Positions 57,600-64,000 of a DNA stretch of 64,000 bases are shown here, in pieces. Both the position numbers and the translations under genes were made by a program. The notes beneath the pieces were generated by a model. That model did no database searches. It was not told where the DNA came from and saw only the letters and a list, made by a program, of their open reading frames with translations. The first letter of the stretch is position 1, and every line of letters starts with the position of its first letter. The DNA is taken from the NCBI GenBank assembly GCA_951406725.2, contig OX597841.1:26908001-26972000 (forward strand), read 5' to 3'. This DNA is from Octopus vulgaris. Taxonomy: Eukaryota.

Positions 57600-57836
57600 T
57601 GTGTGTGTTTAAGCGTGGGTATACGTGTATAGGTATATGCGTGTGCGCACACACACGCACACGCACACATACACGCATATACATCTGCGCACTTGCTTGT
57701 ATAGAGATGTATACACATATGTGTATGTATGCATTTGCACACATATTCATTCATACATACATACATACATACATACATACACACACATATATACACAAAT
57801 ATGTGCATATATATATAAATACACACAGCAATACAA

Positions 57837-57883
<47 letters not shown>

Positions 57884-57887
57884 AACG

Positions 57888-57923
<36 letters not shown>

Positions 57924-58386
57924 CACACACAATCGCACACACACACATATATATACAAACATATATATATACGTATACAAACACACATATATATATACAA
58001 ATACAAACATATATACATACATACATATAGAAACATATATATATACATAAATACATATAGAAACATATATATATATATACATACATATAGAAACATATAT
58101 ATATATACATACATATAGAAACATATATATATATATATATACATACATACATATACAAACATATATATACATAAATACATATACAAACATATATATATAT
58201 ATATATACATATATATACAAACATATATATACATATATATATATACATACATACACAAACATATATATACATACATACATACATACATACGCATACAAAC
58301 ATATATACATACATACGTATACAAAAATATATACACACACACATATATATATATATATATACATACATACATACATATATACATAC

Positions 58387-58425
<39 letters not shown>

Positions 58426-59002
58426 CGCGCTCACACACACACTCACACCACACACATACACACATTACGTATGTCCGTGTGTCAGCGCGCGCACACACGT
58501 ATATTCCTACACAAACATTATTAACCAGCAATTCATATCCGATGCCGTTGCGTTTCTCTCGTAATATCCTCCGTTGAAAATATCCTCGCTATTTAGAAGC
58601 CGAAAACAACGGCCCATGTTTACAGCCTGGATAGAGCGGGCAAGGGGAGTAACTCGCATGAAATCAGCACATCCATATTTGGAAAATAGGCGCAAACGCA
58701 ACACGAAGCAAGTCCTGCGAGAAATGGCAGCCAAATCTCTCTCAAGTCATACCCTACTGCCTTATGCGTTTGTCTTAGGTACGTTAGATCCAGTGTGTGG
58801 GACCTTTACATCGTAGCTAGACTTGGTAAAAATAACAGCTAAATCTCCCTTATATCATAGCTTAATGTATGAGCCAGTGAGGGAGGCCTCCACATGGTAG
58901 CTAGAGCCGTTAGAAATAGCAACCAAATCTTACACGAACCACACACTGCTGTCTATCTTTATATGGATATATATATATATATATATAAATATAAACCCTA
59001 AG

Positions 59003-59042
<40 letters not shown>

Positions 59043-59631
59043 CGCAGGAGTGGCTGTGTGGTAAGTAGCTTGCTTACCAACCACATGGTTCTGGGTTCAG
59101 TCCCAGATAGCAGCCAATTTTCCTAAAATCACAGTCTTGTATACGTATGAACTAACGAGGGAGACCTCTACATGGTAAATAGACGTGGTAGAAAAAGCAG
59201 CCAAACCTCGTGTATGTATATGGGTTATGTATTAGACATCAAGACAAGCGTTTTTACCGTAACTCTGGGTCGTCTCCCACTTTATGATCGAGTGTGACAA
59301 AGCGAAAACTGTGACGAATGCCGCCGGCGATTATAATTCTACTGGAGAGTATAAGTGTCCTCAGAATAGCCTGCCACTTCAAATACACACACACACACAC
59401 ACATACACATACACATATTTATCGATACTGTTGTACATAGGGTAAATGTGCCTGAAAGTTGTGGTTCCCAAACGACACTTATTTTAGTGCTGTTGACACG
59501 GTCGGATCGAATGGTACTGTCCAGGTGTCGAAACCACAATGATATCCGTGGGGCAGCTGATGATGGAGGTTTGTTGGATTGTTGATATGGCTGTTTTTGT
59601 ATATGTGGAATAGTGTTATAACACATGCTTT

Positions 59632-59659
<28 letters not shown>

Positions 59660-59669
<10 letters not shown>

Positions 59670-60550
59670 TAAAACAGTGTAAAAGACAGGATGGTCATAG
59701 TTGAAACGCCTTTGATCAGAGGTCTGCCAGATCAAGATTGACCTCAAGGAAGGACACATTAGATAATGTAGTCTAAGGTACATAGTGTCTCAGTAAAAAC
59801 TGTGATGGCCACAGCTGGAACATCATTGATCATAGTCAGGTGGACAGGACTGACCTGGGGTTAAACACGAACAACAAGTAAGGATACATTAAATAATCAA
59901 GTACTAGATACACTACGAATATAAGAAGGAATGGTCATATCTGGAAGGGCAAAAATCAGTGATATCTTTGCTAGATCGAGACACAACTGAAGTCAAGCAA
60001 CTACAACAGCAAAGGAGGACATATTAGATAAGACATTCCTAGATACACTATGCCATTACAAAAGACGAGATGGTCACAATTAGGAGAGCGTTGATCGTAA
60101 ATCTGTTGGCTCATCGTTAATCGGGATTTAAACAACAACAACAACCACAACAAGGAGGGATGCATTAAATAATGTAGTCCACGATACACTATTCCGAAAC
60201 ACAAGACGGGATGGTCACAATTGGAACGTCGCTGATCGCCAATCTGTTGGTTCAGCACTAAGCAGAGATTTACAACAACAACAACAACAACAACAAAATT
60301 AACAGCAAGTAGGGACACATTAGATAATGTAATCCAAGATACAATTGGCCAAAACAAAAGACGGGATGGTCACGGCTGGAACAAATCGCCGCAAGGCTAG
60401 GGACGGCTGGTTAACAACCATCAAAGACGTAAAGAATAAGGAAAAATACATTAGATAATGTAGTCCTAGGTGCATCATATATTTTATCATATAAAATATA
60501 ACACGCGATGGTCACGGCGGGAAAGGTTTATAATAAGGCCACTGGATCAA
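59660..60550 (+). repeat. Old degenerate tandem array of ~130-155-bp units; related monomer near 620-720
   Basis: acattagataatgtagtcc..agatacact...gacgggatggtcac..ttggaac recurs six to seven times. Confidence 0.8.
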
Positions 60551-61121
60551 AATTGTGACATTTCTTTTCTCTTAAGATAGAAATTACGCAATAAAACTTT
60601 CTACTAAAGGGACAAGGTCTGAGATTTTGGAGGATGGCATTAGTCGATTAAATCGACCCCAGTGCGTAACTGGTACTTACTTTATCGAACCCGAAAAGAT
60701 GAAAAACAAAGACGACCTCAGTGGAATTTGAACTCGGAACGTGAAGACGAACGAAATGCCGAGAAGCATTTTACCCAGCGTGCTAACGACTCCGCCAGCT
60801 CGCCGCCTTTAATTTCGCAATAATGAAAATGTTCAGGAAAAATGTATAAAGAGGTGTATATATATATATAATAATATAAATAATATATATATATATACAC
60901 ACACGTGTATGTACATACATCTATACGTATATATATATATATATGTATACGTACGAGTGTATATATATATATATATATATGCGCATATGTGGGCACAGGA
61001 CGTCACGAAACGTGTACAACAGAGAAAATACGAAGTACGAATACATGGAATACGAACTATTCTTTCGAACAACGAAAGACACAAATGGAAAACAAAACAA
61101 TACACACACACACACACCCAC

Positions 61122-61171
<50 letters not shown>

Positions 61172-61430
61172 ATGTATGTGTGTGACATTAGTTTGTAGTC
61201 TTGTATATATATATATATATTATACACGCATCACGTGTGTGTTTCTGGATTATCCATGTATATTATATAAAACATCGCGTACACAAATATCAAACATCTG
61301 TGTGTGTGTGTGTGTATATATATATGCGTGTATTTATTTATTTATTCACAGAGACAAATACATATGAAGAGATAGATGTATATGTATGTTTTTGTATATA
61401 AGTATATATATATATAGATAGATAGATAGC

Positions 61431-61516
<86 letters not shown>

Positions 61517-61598
61517 TACATATATATAAAAAGAGAAATCGTTATTTAAGGCTTAGATAAATATGATAGATCTAAAAACACATATTTCGTTAGTTCAA

Positions 61599-61643
<45 letters not shown>

Positions 61644-61792
61644 GTTACATGTCTTAGTCATTTCACTTTGGCCAGGCTGGAGCACCATCAAAAGTTGAGA
61701 ATGTACTCTCATTTCCGCCCCCTAGTCTAAACTGACCGCGACTATCCCGATTAGACAAGGCCAAAACCAAAAGTACAACATCACAAATTACA

Positions 61793-61834
<42 letters not shown>

Positions 61835-61863
61835 TGGCTTACATACACACACACACACACACC

Positions 61864-61939
<76 letters not shown>

Positions 61940-62417
61940 CATACATATATACACATATTTTTGTTTATATAATACACAGAGTCAACAGGTGAAATCTTTT
62001 TTATGCTTAACATCGAAAAGGCTTTCAGATCCCGCCGAGGTTGACTTCGCCTTTCATCCTTTCGGGGTCGATAAATTAAATACCAGTTGCGTACTGTGGG
62101 GCCGATCTAATCGACTGCCCCCCCCCCCCCGGCAACGCCCCAAAAACATTTCGGGGCATCCTTTACAGAGGCCCAAGTCGGCGGGAAAAAGAGTGTCCAC
62201 ATGAGGAAAACCAAGTGAGCTGACATGGAGGTTGTCATGCAGATGAGATATATATATATATATATATATATACGGTTAGGATTTATACATACATACATAC
62301 ATAAATATATATACATATATATATTTGTGTGTGTGTGTGTGTGCGTGTATTTTTTACTTTCTCAATCGTTTCAGCCATGCGGTTGCAGTTATGCTGGAGC
62401 ACCACCGTATGTGTGTA

Positions 62418-62449
<32 letters not shown>

Positions 62450-63333
62450 CACATATAAATATATATACATATATAAATATACACATATAAATATATATAC
62501 ATATATAAATATATATACATATATATACATACATATATAAATATATATACATATATATATATACACATATGAATATATATATACATATAAATATATATAT
62601 ACATATATAAATATATATATGTGTATACACATATATATATATATATACACATATATATAAATATATATAAATATATACACATACATACGCAAACATAAAT
62701 ACATACATATATATACATACATATATACATACATATATAAACATATATAAATATACATATATATACATTTATATATATAAATATATACATATATATAAAT
62801 ATATATTTATACATATATATATAAATATATATAGTTATATATAAATATATATACATATATATATAAATATATACATATATATATACATAAATATATATAC
62901 ATACATATATATATATATATCTTCTTTAATTCTTTCCATTATTTCACGCATTAGACTGCGACCATGCTAGGGCACCACCTCGAAGGGTTCTCCCGAGAAA
63001 GTGGACTCCAGTACTGACTACTTGTGTTTAAGAGCCTGTTGTTTATTGTCGGTCTCTTTTTGACAGACAACTACCTTACAAGGACGCAAACAAGCCAACA
63101 CCGCCTAAGATGCCACGCAGTGGGACCGCAAACTTGTAGCACAAATGCATAAGAATTTAGAATCCTTCAGAGAATACGAAGTTGTTCTTCTTTTGAATGG
63201 CTTAACTCGAAGCAGATAACGCTACAACTAATATAAGTATATTTTACCCTGTTTAATCAGTATTCTTTATAGCCTTATCCTCTTCCAGTTTAACCGTATC
63301 AAAGGAGATTTATACTTATACACACACACACTG

Positions 63334-63388
<55 letters not shown>

Positions 63389-63391
63389 ATG

Positions 63392-63422
<31 letters not shown>

Positions 63423-63678
63423 ATAAAACGACATATTCGTATGGATGAGTGTGCCTTATTATGCGTACATATTTCTATATATGATATGCAGTTAAAGCAA
63501 ACTTCGAAGTCCCTGTCGAATGAGTATCATAAATAGATTTTACTCGATGAAATGTAATTAGTCCTATGATTTCTTAACTATCTATTCTTTAATTAGCTAT
63601 TGAAAAACCTCAAATAATACATACATACGTATATGTGTGTGTGTATGTATATATATATATATGTGTATGTATATATAC

Positions 63679-63746
<68 letters not shown>

Positions 63747-63869
63747 GTGTGCGTGTATATATATATATATTAGTCCTGTAGAAGCTCCTTCTATATAATA
63801 AATTAATTTTACTCTGCTATGTATTGAGTACCTTCTTTACTGTGGTTAACCCCGAATCAACCCGGGACC

Positions 63870-63920
<51 letters not shown>

Positions 63921-64000
63921 GCATTCACACATACATGCATACAATCATACGTACATTGATATACATCATATGCAGGTGTGAGGACACACAGACACACACA

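Overview
Repeat-saturated, AT-rich eukaryotic (animal) non-coding DNA, not prokaryotic. The SINE families and extreme (TA)n/(CA)n/(GATA)n/(TACA)n density strongly suggest an octopus (coleoid cephalopod) genome; this is inference, not a database result. I recognise no intact host gene, and nearly all listed ORFs are microsatellite translations. Real content: several tRNA-derived SINE families, two non-autonomous Helitron families, a mariner MITE, 3' fragments of four LINE types (Tx1-like, R4/Dong-like, another RLE-type, CR1-like), a homogeneous 14 x 107-bp tandem array with dispersed monomers, and several inverted repeats. The most interesting signals are: (1) several unrelated short elements in (TA)n tracts that each carry a Penelope-type hammerhead ribozyme motif, two with intact cores and long stem II inserts, plus a family with a fixed CUGUNGA core variant; (2) apparent partitioning of microsatellite types among retroelement families; (3) a textbook recursive-splice-like site (polypyrimidine-CAG|GTAAGT) on the minus strand at about 20028. 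Coordinates were read by eye and repeat boundaries are approximate.
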